Positions 17,979 through 28,874 of a stretch of 32,000 nt of DNA are shown one piece after another (within the stretch, counting starts at the first letter, position 1; every line of letters begins with the position of its first letter). Source of the DNA: Paramicrosporidium saccamoebae KSL3 (lineage: Eukaryota > Fungi > Cryptomycota); assembly GCA_002794465.1 (NCBI GenBank), contig MTSL01000178.1, forward strand, positions 10,224 through 42,223. Reading direction: 5' to 3'. Under the pieces are notes generated by a model. It was not told the DNA's origin, ran no database searches, and saw only the letters and a program-made list of their open reading frames with translations. The position numbers and the translations under genes were made by a program.

Positions 17979-19430
17979 ATGAATAGACTGTCGACGCAAC
18001 TGCCACGGTGGTTTGGCTCCATGACGAGGAATCCTACTTTTGCCATCCTAAAGGACGCCGACCTGACAGAGTTCCGCAAGATCTTGGACAATTCTGGCGA
18101 TGTGGTGGACTCGTCTGATGACTTGGAAAAGTATAATCGCGATTGGACGGGGAGATACTGTGGGTCTGCCACAATAGCTTTGCGTCCACGCACCACGGAA
18201 CAGGTGTCTCGATTGTTGAAATATTGTAATAGACGGAGATTGGCCGTTTGTCCGCAAGGCGGTAACACGGGCCTTGTGGGCGGAGCCGTCCCGGTGTTTG
18301 ATGAAATTGTACTGTCTATGGAACGTCTAAATCGCCTTATAAACCACGACGAAGTGTCGGGAGTACTCAGTGCAGAGGCGGGTTGTATTTTGGAGACGGC
18401 GGACAATTTTGTGCGAGAGCGTGGCTTTGTGATGCCGCTGGATTTGGGAGCCAAGGGGAGCTGCATGTTGGGTGGAAATGTAGCCACGAATGCAGGCGGA
18501 CTGCGGGTGCTGCGATATGGCGGATTGCACGGCAGTGTTTTGGGACTGCGAGTGGTGTTGGCAGATGGGACAGTGCTCGATGGGATGGGCGCCTGTCGCA
18601 AGGACAATACAGGCTACGACTACAAACAATTGTTCATTGGATCGGAAGGTACATTGGGTGTCATTACCGAAGTAAATATTGCCACCCCACCACTTCCACA
18701 GTCTACCAATGTGGCCCTTTTCAGTGTGGCGATCTTTGAGGACATTAAACGACTATTTGGGCAGGCACGACGAGACTTGGGAGAGATTTTGTCAGCCTTT
18801 GAGTTTTGGGATGTCGAATCACAAAAACTCTTGGATATGCATTTCCCAGATAACAAACTTCCAATTAGGCCAGGAGCATTCTTTGTGCTGGTAGAGACGA
18901 GCGGTAGTGATTCAGAACACGATCAAAGCAAACTAATGCGTTTTCTGGAAGACTCTGAGGCACAAGTTGTAGACGGCACCATGGCACAAGATGAGACGCA
19001 ATTACGACGATTGTGGGCGTTGCGAGAGAGCATCCCGGAGGCTTGTGCACGAGAGGGCATTGTCTACAAATATGACGTGTCGCTCCCCACTGCCCGAATG
19101 TACGATCCAGTCCTGGCCCTACGTTCGCGTTTAGCTCATCCTGCCATTAGTCAGATCATTGGATATGGCCATTTTGGGGACGGCAACATTCACGTCAATG
19201 TGGCCACCCAACACTACGAGGCCGCCGTGGTTGCCCAGATCGAGCCGTATATCTACGAGTTGGTTCGAAAACATGGCGGATCCATTAGCGCGGAACATGG
19301 GGTTGGAGTCTTGAAGGCACCTCAGATGGGGAGATTTGCGAAAACGGCAGCAGAGATGGCCTTGCTGCGAAACATTAAGACGCTCTTTGATCCCCGAGGC
19401 ATCTTGAATCCATACAAAGTACTTCCATAA
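17979..19430 (+). CDS. D2HGDH: Mitochondrial D-2-hydroxyglutarate dehydrogenase (FAD-linked oxidase, DLD2/D2HGDH type)
   Basis: Contains YNRDW, PQGGNTGLVGG.VPVFDEI, PLDLGAKGSC.LGGNVATNAGG, RKDNTGYD, GHFGDGNIH, GSISAEHG and FDPRGILNPYKVLP. Confidence 0.95.
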   Translation: MNRLSTQLPRWFGSMTRNPTFAILKDADLTEFRKILDNSGDVVDSSDDLEKYNRDWTGRYCGSATIALRPRTTEQVSRLLKYCNRRRLAVCPQGGNTGLVGGAVPVFDEIVLSMERLNRLINHDEVSGVLSAEAGCILETADNFVRERGFVMPLDLGAKGSCMLGGNVATNAGGLRVLRYGGLHGSVLGLRVVLADGTVLDGMGACRKDNTGYDYKQLFIGSEGTLGVITEVNIATPPLPQSTNVALFSVAIFEDIKRLFGQARRDLGEILSAFEFWDVESQKLLDMHFPDNKLPIRPGAFFVLVETSGSDSEHDQSKLMRFLEDSEAQVVDGTMAQDETQLRRLWALRESIPEACAREGIVYKYDVSLPTARMYDPVLALRSRLAHPAISQIIGYGHFGDGNIHVNVATQHYEAAVVAQIEPYIYELVRKHGGSISAEHGVGVLKAPQMGRFAKTAAEMALLRNIKTLFDPRGILNPYKVLP

Positions 19431-19571
19431 AGTTTATCATATACAACGCTAATAGTTGAATATTTATAATACTCCCAACGATGATGTGATTATACATTAA
19501 GCATTCCCATTATATTTACGTAACACACTCAACATGATATTTAAACAATATCCAACTCACCTCGACCAATC

Positions 19572-21267
19572 ATGTCGCAGTTCATGCGGAGGTTCAGCTC
19601 GGTAGCGGAACGAGCAGTGGTGGAGACGGACGTGTTGGTGGTGGGAGGTGGACCAGCAGGATTAGCAGCTGCTATTCGTTTGGGACAGCTGGCAAAGGAA
19701 AAGGGCAGGGAGCCGAATGTTATGCTGATTGAAAAGGGGGCAGAGATTGGTAAACATGGCAATAGAATTCATCGTAGGGTCTCATGTACTATCGGGGGCA
19801 GTGCTGGAGCCAAGGGCATTTGATGAACTCTTTCCGAATTGGCAGAGTGAATATGGAGCAGACAGTGCGGACCCGGCCCCGCTGCGCACTGCGGCCACAA
19901 CAGACAAGTTATGTTTCCTAACGGAACAATACCAATTCCCGATGCCCAAACTGGGGGACATGCGGAACAAGGGGAACTGGATTGTCAGTCTCAGTGAGGT
20001 GACCCGATGGATGGGACGACGGGCAGAAGAACTGGGGATCAGCATGTTTCCTGGATTTGCCGGTCGGGAGGTATTGTACGAGAACGGGCGAGTGGTGGGA
20101 GTAGCCACCAACGACGTGGGAGTGGATCGTAAGGGACAAGGCAAGCCAAATTTTGAACGGGGAATGGAAATCAAGGCCAATGTGACACTGTTTGCAGAGG
20201 GATGTCATGGATCGTTAACCAAGGGACTGATTAAGAGGTTTGCGTTGCGGGAAGACACTCATCAAACATACGGAATTGGACTGAAGGAGGTGTGGGAGGT
20301 GTCCAAGGAGAAACACCAACCTGGGTTGGTGATGCACACGGTAGGCTGGCCGTTGGATCGTCAAACATACGGCGGCTCGTTCATGTACCATTACGGCGAC
20401 AATTTGGTTTCCCTTGGATTGGTGGTGGGTTTGGACTACCAAAACCCATATTTAAATCCGTATAAAGAATTCCAACGTCTAAAGACCCATCCGACGATGA
20501 AAAGATATTTGGAGGGCGGACGATGTATTGCGTATGGCGCACGGGCGCTGAATGAAGGCGGCATACAATCAATTCCGAAATTGACATTTCCGGGAGGTGC
20601 ATTGGTGGGCTGCACAGCGGGATTTTTAAACGTGCCCAAAATCAAGGGAAGTCATACGGCCATGAAGAGTGGGATGGTGGCAGCTGAGACGGCCTTCCAA
20701 GCCCTCGGGGGGAACATGGACGAATATGAACAAAAGTTGAAAGAATCGTGGGTTTACTCTGAGTTGCAACGAGTGCGCAATGTACGGCCCGCCTTTGAAA
20801 AGTTTGGATTGTATGGGGGACTGTTGTATTCAGGTATAGACCAGATGGTATTCCGGGGACGTCTCCCATGGACCTTTGCACATAAGATGCCCGACTATGC
20901 AATGCTGAAGCCTGCCATCCAATGTCGCCCCATTGAATACGGAAGGGCCGACGGAGTGCTGACCTTTGATCTGTTGGAGAATGTGTCTCGGACGGGTACT
21001 AATCACGAAGAAGACCAGCCCTGTCATTTGCAGTTAAAAGACCCAAATGTGCCGGTAAAAGACAATTTGGCCGTCTTTGCCGGACCAGAACAGCGCTTCT
21101 GTCCCGCGGGTGTGTATGAATACGTCCCAGAAGGCGACACCATGCGGTTTCAGATCAACGCGCAAAACTGCATCCATTGCAAGACGTGTGACATTAAAGA
21201 TCCCTCGCAGAACATTAATTGGGTGCCACCTGAGGGAGCCGGTGGACCGCAGTACACCATGACATAG
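19572..21267 (+). CDS. ETFDH: Electron transfer flavoprotein-ubiquinone oxidoreductase (ETF-QO); intron at 19750-19777
   Basis: FAD motif [22 protein letters not shown]|[29 protein letters not shown], and the 4Fe-4S ligands FCPAGVYE...[13 protein letters not shown]. The 28-nt intron joins the two ORFs. Confidence 0.96.
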
Positions 21268-21333
21268 CCAACGTTGCTTAGTAAAGCGTCTTTGCAAAGT
21301 CAGCCGGGGTAGTCTATTCGTTGGAGGGGCGTC

Positions 21334-22551
21334 ATGTCAGCATCACTTTTGGGAGGAAACAGCGGCAACTCGATTAACATCCGTCGCGACGTGCAGGATG
21401 CCTTTTATCGCTACAAAATGCCGCGATTACAGAGTAAAATTGAGGGAAAGGGCAACGGAATCAAGACGGTGGTGCCGAATATGGTGGACATTGGAAAGGC
21501 GTTGGGTCGACCAGCTGCGTACATTACAAAGTTCTTTGGAGCCGAGTTGGGCGCATTATCGACATGCGACGAAAAGGCAGCCAAATACATTATCAACGGG
21601 GTGCATGATGCAGAAAAGCTGCAGACGCTGTTGGATGTGTTCATTGCCAAGTTTGTGCTATGTCCCAACTGCGACAACCCCGAGACGGTTCTGAGTGTCA
21701 GCAAAAAGGACGGCACTGTGTTCCGTACATGTCAGGCGTGTGGTCATCGTGCCACCGTTGATATCCTGCACAAACTGTGTTCCTACATCCGGGCTAATCC
21801 GCCCCCCAAGCCTGCAAAGAAGACACAGGCCAAGGATCGTGCCGACGAGGCGTCAGAAATGACCGGAATGGGAAGCACTCCCACCGGCGATCAAATCGAT
21901 GGAATGATTGTCCCAGAAGACTTTGATGATACTCTTCACGATGCTCCCACCAATGTGGATGAGGACGATTGGGATGAGGAGACGGCGGCTGCTTTGCGGG
22001 CTGATGAACTCTCCCGATTGAGTGAAAATGTGCGTCAGAAATTGTCGTTGGAGGAGACGGGTGAGGAGGGACTGAAGAAGGAAGAGGTAAAGGTGAGCAG
22101 GACGGACGAGTTAATGGATGCGCTTGATCGTTTCGGCGACTGGCTCAGCACCCAACCCGACAATGCTGCCATCCTGAATGAGGTGGAGGAGCGCAATATT
22201 CGGGCTGACAAGGCGGTAGTGGTGTTGGTGCAAGTTTTATTTGCCGACGACTTTATCCGTACCCTCAAGACGCGCATGTCCCTTTTGCAAAAGTTGGTGT
22301 CGAGCGAAAAGGAACAAAAGGCTCTATTGGGGGCCGTGGAGCGTCTCGTGGGTGTTGTCAATCCCTCCTTACTCGCCAAAACTTCCATGATCCTTCAGAC
22401 CCTCTACAGCAGTGATCTGCTCGATGAAGACGTTCTAGTGGAATGGCAGGGTAAGTTGTCTAAAAAGTATGTTTCCAAAGAAGTTGCTCTACAAGTGCGG
22501 TCCCAGGCCCAACCATTCTTCGATTGGTTGGATACTGCCTCTTCAGATTAA
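21334..22551 (+). CDS. EIF5: Translation initiation factor eIF5
   Basis: Contains DAFYRYKMP, EGKGNGIKT, KFFGAELG, the zinc ribbon CPNCDNPET...CQACG and a C-terminal W2/HEAT domain. Confidence 0.96.
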   Translation: MSASLLGGNSGNSINIRRDVQDAFYRYKMPRLQSKIEGKGNGIKTVVPNMVDIGKALGRPAAYITKFFGAELGALSTCDEKAAKYIINGVHDAEKLQTLLDVFIAKFVLCPNCDNPETVLSVSKKDGTVFRTCQACGHRATVDILHKLCSYIRANPPPKPAKKTQAKDRADEASEMTGMGSTPTGDQIDGMIVPEDFDDTLHDAPTNVDEDDWDEETAAALRADELSRLSENVRQKLSLEETGEEGLKKEEVKVSRTDELMDALDRFGDWLSTQPDNAAILNEVEERNIRADKAVVVLVQVLFADDFIRTLKTRMSLLQKLVSSEKEQKALLGAVERLVGVVNPSLLAKTSMILQTLYSSDLLDEDVLVEWQGKLSKKYVSKEVALQVRSQAQPFFDWLDTASSD

Positions 22552-22807
22552 AGACGTGCATTATTGAATAAATGTAACATTGGAGTGTTGGAGGGGGGTG
22601 GATTCAGATTGTTGGAGTGGGTGTATTTAGGTGGCTACTGAAGAGTTAGTAATGGAATCCTTTTTATTGGGGTTTCTGATCCGTAGCTATACCATCTCAC
22701 AGCTATTGTGTTTCAGAGGTGGGTTGGATCATGTTTGCATTGCTTAATTACATTTGCATTTTATTTGTTGGTTTGCATCCACTCGAGAGGCTCTACTCAC
22801 TCTTATT

Positions 22808-25800
22808 TCACAGACCGTGAAAGGATTGTCGTTCTATGGTGGAGTACTGATTGGAATCTTTCCCAACTCGCCAGTAATAATCAGCACACTCGTGACGCCC
22901 CAACGAATCCACAAACTCCTCATCGTGCGTAATGACAATTAGTTGAAAGTTGCCCTGTTGACCACGCATCTTGATAATATCAACAAGCGAGCTGGCCAAC
23001 GATTCAATGTTGTCGCGATCCAGATTGGTGGTGGGCTCATCCAATGCAATCACTCCGCAATGTTGTCCAAATGTCTCAGCCAACGCCAATCGGATAATCA
23101 GCGACGCCAATACGCGCTGTCCCGCACTGCTGCGACCTCGCATGTCCAGTTCCGTGTCACCCTTCAACATCACCACCCGGTAATTATATGAACGTCCTCC
23201 CACTCCCTCTTGATCCGCCCGGATCTCAATCGTATCAATATCGGCGCCTTGGTATGTTGAAGTCCAAATCTCCCGGATAATTCGGTTCACTTCGCCCATC
23301 TTGTGGGCATGGAACTGCATGATCGCCTGGTCCAGTGCCTTGGAATACTTTTCCAAATCTTCAATGGCCAACGTTGTGGCATTGAAGCGCACAAATTGAT
23401 CCCGATAATTTTCCTCGATGGAGCGGTAATCAGTGGACAGTTCATTCTGTAAACGCTCGTTTTGATCCTGCAGCTGTCGTATTTCACCAAAGATCCCCGA
23501 GCGCTCTCCCAACAACTCGCAGTGGCGCAATTCATGGCGCTGTAGACTGCTGTTGGCTGATTGGCAATCAAACGTCCCCAACTTTGAAGTGAGCTCTGTC
23601 ATTTGCATTTTTGTCGTCGTCAGTCTTTTTTCCAGTTCGCGGTACTTTAAGTTGTCTCGAATGTTGCGTTCCTCAACAACCGCCTCGCTAGTTGCCTTAG
23701 AGAAGACGGCTATCTGTTCATTAATCTTGTCCAATTCACTCTGCTGTTCCGTCAAAAGAGCTTGAATTTGCTCCTTGTCATGGCGAAGCATCTCTAACAT
23801 ATCTACACTACAGCTATCCTCCATCTTTTCGACTTCGTTGTGGATGGAGCAATATTCGCGGTTTGACTGCTCTACTTTTATCCACCTGGCATTTGCATCA
23901 GCTTCTTTGACAGAGTTTTCATTTTGCAGCTTGTTCAATCTATCTTGATGTACACTCAAATCCAATGTCCAACGCTCCAATTCGGCCTCGGTCAGAGCAA
24001 TTTCCTCCCTAGCGGTCTGTATCGATTGTTCCAGTTCACTCTTGGTTTGCTCCCAACGAATCGACTCGGATTGCTTCAACTGAATCTTCATTATTTGCTC
24101 TTTGATATCACGAAATCTCCCCTCTCTGGATTGCAAATCGGCCCGTCGGCATTTCATCTCGTTGCTAATGTGCTCCATTTCTTTCGCAATACTCTGGCTC
24201 TCCCGTTGCAATTCACTCTGCCGTTCTTGGATCCCATCAATATCACCACTTACGCCCCCGATCCGCATCTCATTCTCCAAACTGTCCACATCCGACTGCA
24301 AGAACCCAATTTCCCTCTGAATCTTTCCCATCTCTTCAGTACGCTTCTTCAAAGATGACGTCTTTTTCTCCTCTAACACTGCAGTAGACAGCTCCGATGC
24401 AATATCGTCAAAAGCAGCCTGGGCATGATCCTTTCCGTTCTCAAGAATCTTTAACTCGTTTGCAAGTTCAGGCAATTCCACCAGCTTGAGACGGTCAACG
24501 TCGTCACTGGTGCTTCTCAGTCCTTTCAGCTCGGCCAATTTCGCTTCCAAGTTGCGCTTTCTATTTTCAATTTCAAGAGTCTTTTCGGGAATGTTGGATA
24601 TGAAGCTAGCCAACTAAACATTAAAATCAAGTTAGCGAGCTTACCTTTCGCGTAAACAGCTCTTCGTCCATTTTAGAATCAAATCCTCGTTCACACAAGG
24701 GACAATTCTTACCTTTCAAGAATGTGGAATTAAAGGCTTCATAAGTGGCCTTTGATGCAAGCGAGAGCGTAATCTCGGAACACGCCAAATTATAGTCCGC
24801 CTCTAACTCCGCCAAATGCATTCCAAAATCTTCCCTTCCACAAACTTGCTCCAGTTTGCGCATTTTTTCATTCAACTCTGTCTCTTTCCGAGAATATAGC
24901 GCCTGCGCGTGTTCATGTTTAGATCGTTCAAATGAACTGGTGTGCAATAATTTTTCATTTCTCTCTTGAATGGCTTTCAGGGCCTGCTCCTTTTCCCTCC
25001 AGATCCGTTCACCCTCGCACTCGGCATCTTCGATGGCCACTGCGCTCTCTGCAAACACTTCCAATTCGGATTTAATATCATTGAAAATTTTGTGAACCAT
25101 CTCATTCTTTCGCTCTAGCTCACCCTTCTTCAATTGTAACTTGGCACGGACTTGGGAAAATTTCGTGGAGGAGGCGATCTGATTGTTAATCTCTTGGACT
25201 TTTTCGTCTACCTCTTTCCGCTTTTGGGCAAGGACTTCCAGACGCTCCTCATAATTGGCACCCAAGAAGAGCGTACGGCTTGAATTTAGCACGCCTTCAT
25301 CCTCCAACAAGCGTAATTGCAGCTCATCCAGCTGATCCCTGGCCGAAGACACGGTGCTAATTTGATCGATTGTAGTGGCAAGCTTCATCTGGTGTTCCTC
25401 CATAGATCGCTTCTTCATTCGCTTGGTCTCTGTTAGCGATGATACCTTGGTGCCCGTGTGCTGGATCTTTTGCCTCAGGGCGTCTTCTTCTTCCCTAATT
25501 TCCTTTTGCAGCAGGCTCCACGAATCCTTCATGGTCTGCATCTTTTCACTTGCAAGGGTAGATGATTGCACAAGACTGTCTCCCATGGGAATTTCAAGCT
25601 CTGAACACAGTGATGCCAGCAGAACAGTCCTTTTCGCCTTTTTGTCGGTCAAACGAGACAGTTCCGCTTCCATAATACCGGCTTCTGTCAATTTTGTTGA
25701 TAGAGCCCGACTCTGGTCCGAAATGGCGGCCTCAATATGTTGACGCTTCTTCTGCATCTCTGCGAGTCCGCTTTCACTAGTCCTTGTTCGCTGCAAGTGC

Positions 25801-26726
25801 TGGTCCAGGAGCACCTGCAGGATTTCGTCATTCTCAGACATAATACATAGGCCCTGCAAGAGATCATTCTGGCTCTGTTCGGTAACTTTCATGTCATGCT
25901 GCATTCTTTCCAGCTCCGCATGAAGATCACTTAGTCGCTTCAGGTCATCTGTCAGCTTTTCAATAGCCGCATTGACCAGCGTCATCTGTGCCTCTATTGC
26001 TTCAATCCTCGCTCTACCCTCTTCCCTCCTCACCAGATTCCTTTCAACCTCCAACCGCACCTTTCCTGCCTTTTCTTTGTCGCTCCGCAGGAAATCGAGC
26101 TTTTGCTGCTCCAATTTCAGTTCGGCCGCCAGATCCTTCCTTAACCCTTTCAATGTATCAAGCGCCTTAGTATAGCGGGTGGCAGCAAAAATGTCGTCGA
26201 ATTTCTTCTTTAGGATGCTGGGTTCGGAGAGCGGCCAGAAGGACTCTTCCTGATGACAAAAGAGTACATTCTCGAGGACCGCACGGGATACGCCCAACTG
26301 CAACGGTACTTCTGCATCCATCTCGGCGCATCGACTAGAGATGCTCACCTGCTCGCCAGTCTGCAAGTCTGTCGTCGCCAAAACGCTCTCTAATGTTTTC
26401 TGTTCCAATTTCGTCTTCTTCTGGGTGGATTGCATGGAACGAGTGCATACCATGGTCTGGCCTCGCACATTCTTAAACTTGAGCTTGATCTGACCTTTCA
26501 CCTCTGCCTCCCGGGATACCTTGGGGTCATGCACAAATGCGCCTCCCTTTGCATTAGGCGGCAAATCACCAGTGGTTGCGTATTTGAGACATTCAATAAT
26601 CGTCGTCTTGCCCGCGCCATTTTGTCCCACGATAATGGTGAGGGGTGTGTAGAATTCAATGACACTCTCATTGTAGGGTGAGAAGGACCTGATGCCACGA
26701 ATGAGGAGTTTGTCGAAAGAGGACAT
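22808..26726 (-). CDS. RAD50: DNA repair protein Rad50; one intron at 24614-24644; about 1295 aa
   Basis: Starts MSSFDKLLIRGIRSF. Contains Walker A GQNGAGKT, Q-loop HQEES, zinc hook CPLC, signature SAGQ, Walker B LDEPTTNLD and VITHDEEF. The 31-nt GTA..TAG intron joins the two long ORFs in frame. Confidence 0.96.
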
Positions 26727-26730
26727 GCCC

Positions 26731-27230
26731 ATGTCGGAGTCACCTGGTGGTCTATACGGGGAGGCGTCTGGCGATTTACCCAATGAGCCATCCAGTGGTT
26801 TACCTAGTGAGCCATCTAATGAAACGTCCAACAACCTACCTAGAGAATCACCCAACACCTCACTCAACACGCCACTCCACACACCACCACCCACGAATGA
26901 ACGCGTGGTCATTTGGTTTAGGGCGACGGGAAATGCACCGATACTGAAGCAGAGCAAGTTTAAAATTTCAGCAGAACAGCGGTTTGTGGCAGTGGTCGAA
27001 TTTTTAAGGAGACAACTTCGTTTTGGGGAAAAGGACCCATTAGTACAATGAGGGTTAGTGTGTCATGCTGTAGTTTTTATATTTGAACAGTGCATTCTCG
27101 CCTGCTCCAGACGAGCCCGTGTCCAATCTCTATTCAGTATAGTCTCTCCCTGTCTATCGCTAAACACTAGTGCTTTAATGTGGATGGGATGTTGATAGTA
27201 AATTACAGCGTAACTGCAGCATGGGGATAA
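26731..27230 (+). CDS. ATG12: Ubiquitin-like autophagy protein Atg12; introns at 27043-27073 and 27137-27170; alternative start at 26725
   Basis: VVIWFRATGNAPILKQSKFKI...EFLRRQL...DPL|FLYLNSAFSPAPDEPVSNLYS|CFNVDGMLIVNYSVTAAWG-stop, with the terminal conjugating Gly intact. Confidence 0.92.
26776..26890 (+). repeat. Degenerate 24-bp coding repeats in the Atg12 N-terminus
   Basis: ttacccaatgagccatccagtggt / ttacctagtgagccatctaatgaa / ... / ctacctagagaatcacccaacacc, encoding LPNEPSSG, LPSEPSNE, LPRESPNT and SLNTPLHT. Confidence 0.7.
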
Positions 27231-27264
27231 ATTGTATAAACTGTAGCTAGACTTGCATTGCATG

Positions 27265-28858
27265 TTATTTCAGTAACGAAGCCACTACGGAACGGACATT
27301 CATTTTCCGCAAATCAGTATAAGTCTGTCCCACACCGACAAACAGAATGGGCGCATTGGCAATATAAGTCATGGAGATGGCAGCGCCAACCTTGTCGTCG
27401 ATAGTGTCAAACTTTGTCAGCAGGATTCCGTCAATGCGAGCTACCTCTCCGCTGGCATAATCACAAAGGGCCCCGTTGAATTTCTTCAGCTGATCGACAG
27501 CTTCGTTGCCAACAAGCGCCTCGCCCACAAAAATGAGCTTATGGGGACGATTGGTATAGACGAGCTTGGCAAGAGCGGCCATCAAAGGGGCATTTCCTTG
27601 CATCCGACCGGCCGTATCAATCATGACAACATCAAATCCCTCAGTCTTGGCATAGGCAATCGCCTCCTTGGAGATTGCCGCAGCATCCTTCCCATAGCCG
27701 CGCTCATAAAGCTGGAGTTGAGCGGGATCCCGTCCAACCGACAGATTGCGAACATGTGTTCTGAGCTGTTCCACGGCGCCGGAGCGGAATGTATCGCCTG
27801 CAACAATGAGAATGCGAAGTTTGTTTTGCAACAGCCAGAAGCACACCTTTGAGAGATTTGTTGACTTTCCCACTCCATTGACACCAATAAACGCCATCAC
27901 ATAGGGTCGAGTCGTTCTTTTGATGTCTTCTAGGAGATCAGCTCCAGCCTTGGGCATCAGGATCCGTGAAACGGCAGTCTCAGTAGCATCGCGCACCATT
28001 TGTGCTACGGTGCGAAAGGTCCCCGTCTTCTTGCCAATCAGACTATCTGCAACCGAACTGCAAATCATCTCGGCGACTTCGGCCGCCACGTTCTTTTGTG
28101 TAAGATGTTCTTTCATATGGGCCTGTGCTGTTTGAAGATCGGTCCTCGTAATCTCCTTTTGTCCAGTGATATTGTCAAAGTACCTCCAGATGCCAGTCTT
28201 GGGTTCAGCTTCCTTTGGTTCTTCTTCAAAATCCCATTCCATAAGCTCGGAATAGTCTTTTCCGTCTCCGACCACAGAAGATGGTGTGGGTGTGAGACAT
28301 TCAGAGGAGACACCTTTATCCGAGCTCAAGTCAAGATCATTCAGCGCCTCCTTGCTGACTTTGTCTCCCCAGTCGCGTTTCTGTTTTCCCTTCTTGCCCT
28401 CCCCAGCAGCAAGCACCTTGGTCTCGGGAGTGCGGGTTTTTGTACGTCGCTCTTCCCGAGACTTTTCCTCCACTTTGCTACTAATCAGCCGGAACGGTCC
28501 GTCAAATTCATCAATGGACTGATAGTCTGTGATACGGTCCCGGTATGTCCGCGCCCAATACATTTTGACTTGCTCCAAAAGTGTGGGAACATAGGTCAGT
28601 GGGAGTATTTTTTGATATGCAGCCTAGAGAGATGAATGCATGCTGGTAGCAAAGTACCAAGAACGCCAGTCCGAGCTCATGATTAATTGTCCAGTGTGTC
28701 TCTAGCGACCCCACAATCATCGACGTCCCAGCAAGCGACGTCTCAATAATATTCTCTCTCACCACTCGTGCTATCAATGCCTCATGCTCCTCCTTTAGCG
28801 GCTTCAAAGTCCATAAAACTAGACCACCAGTGGTCAGTACGACAAACAAGTCAAGCAT
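27265..28858 (-). CDS. SRPRA: Signal recognition particle receptor alpha subunit; intron at 28624-28657
   Basis: N-terminal SRX domain MLDLFVVLTTGGLVLW...AFL|AAYQKILPLTYV, and an NG GTPase domain with GVNGVGKSTNLSK, DTFRSGAVEQL, DTAGRMQ, TKFDT and FVGVGQTYTDL. Confidence 0.94.
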
Positions 28859-28874
28859 CGCCCTGGACACTGTT

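Noticed and set aside
24614-24644. RAD50 split into two genes, or a pseudogene
   Set aside because: A canonical 31-nt GTAAGC...GCTAAC...TTTAG intron restores one frame with all motifs intact. The same applies to the other apparently fragmented genes.
24640-26625. E2F/SCB-like sites (TTTCGCGT near 24646; GGCGCGGG on the minus strand near 26615)
   Set aside because: Both lie in RAD50 coding sequence (one in the Walker A codons), and matches this short are expected by chance.
26733-26957. N-terminal extension of RAD50 in the ORF track
   Set aside because: It is the antisense of ATG12 coding sequence, and the conserved Rad50 start is MSSFDK at 26726.
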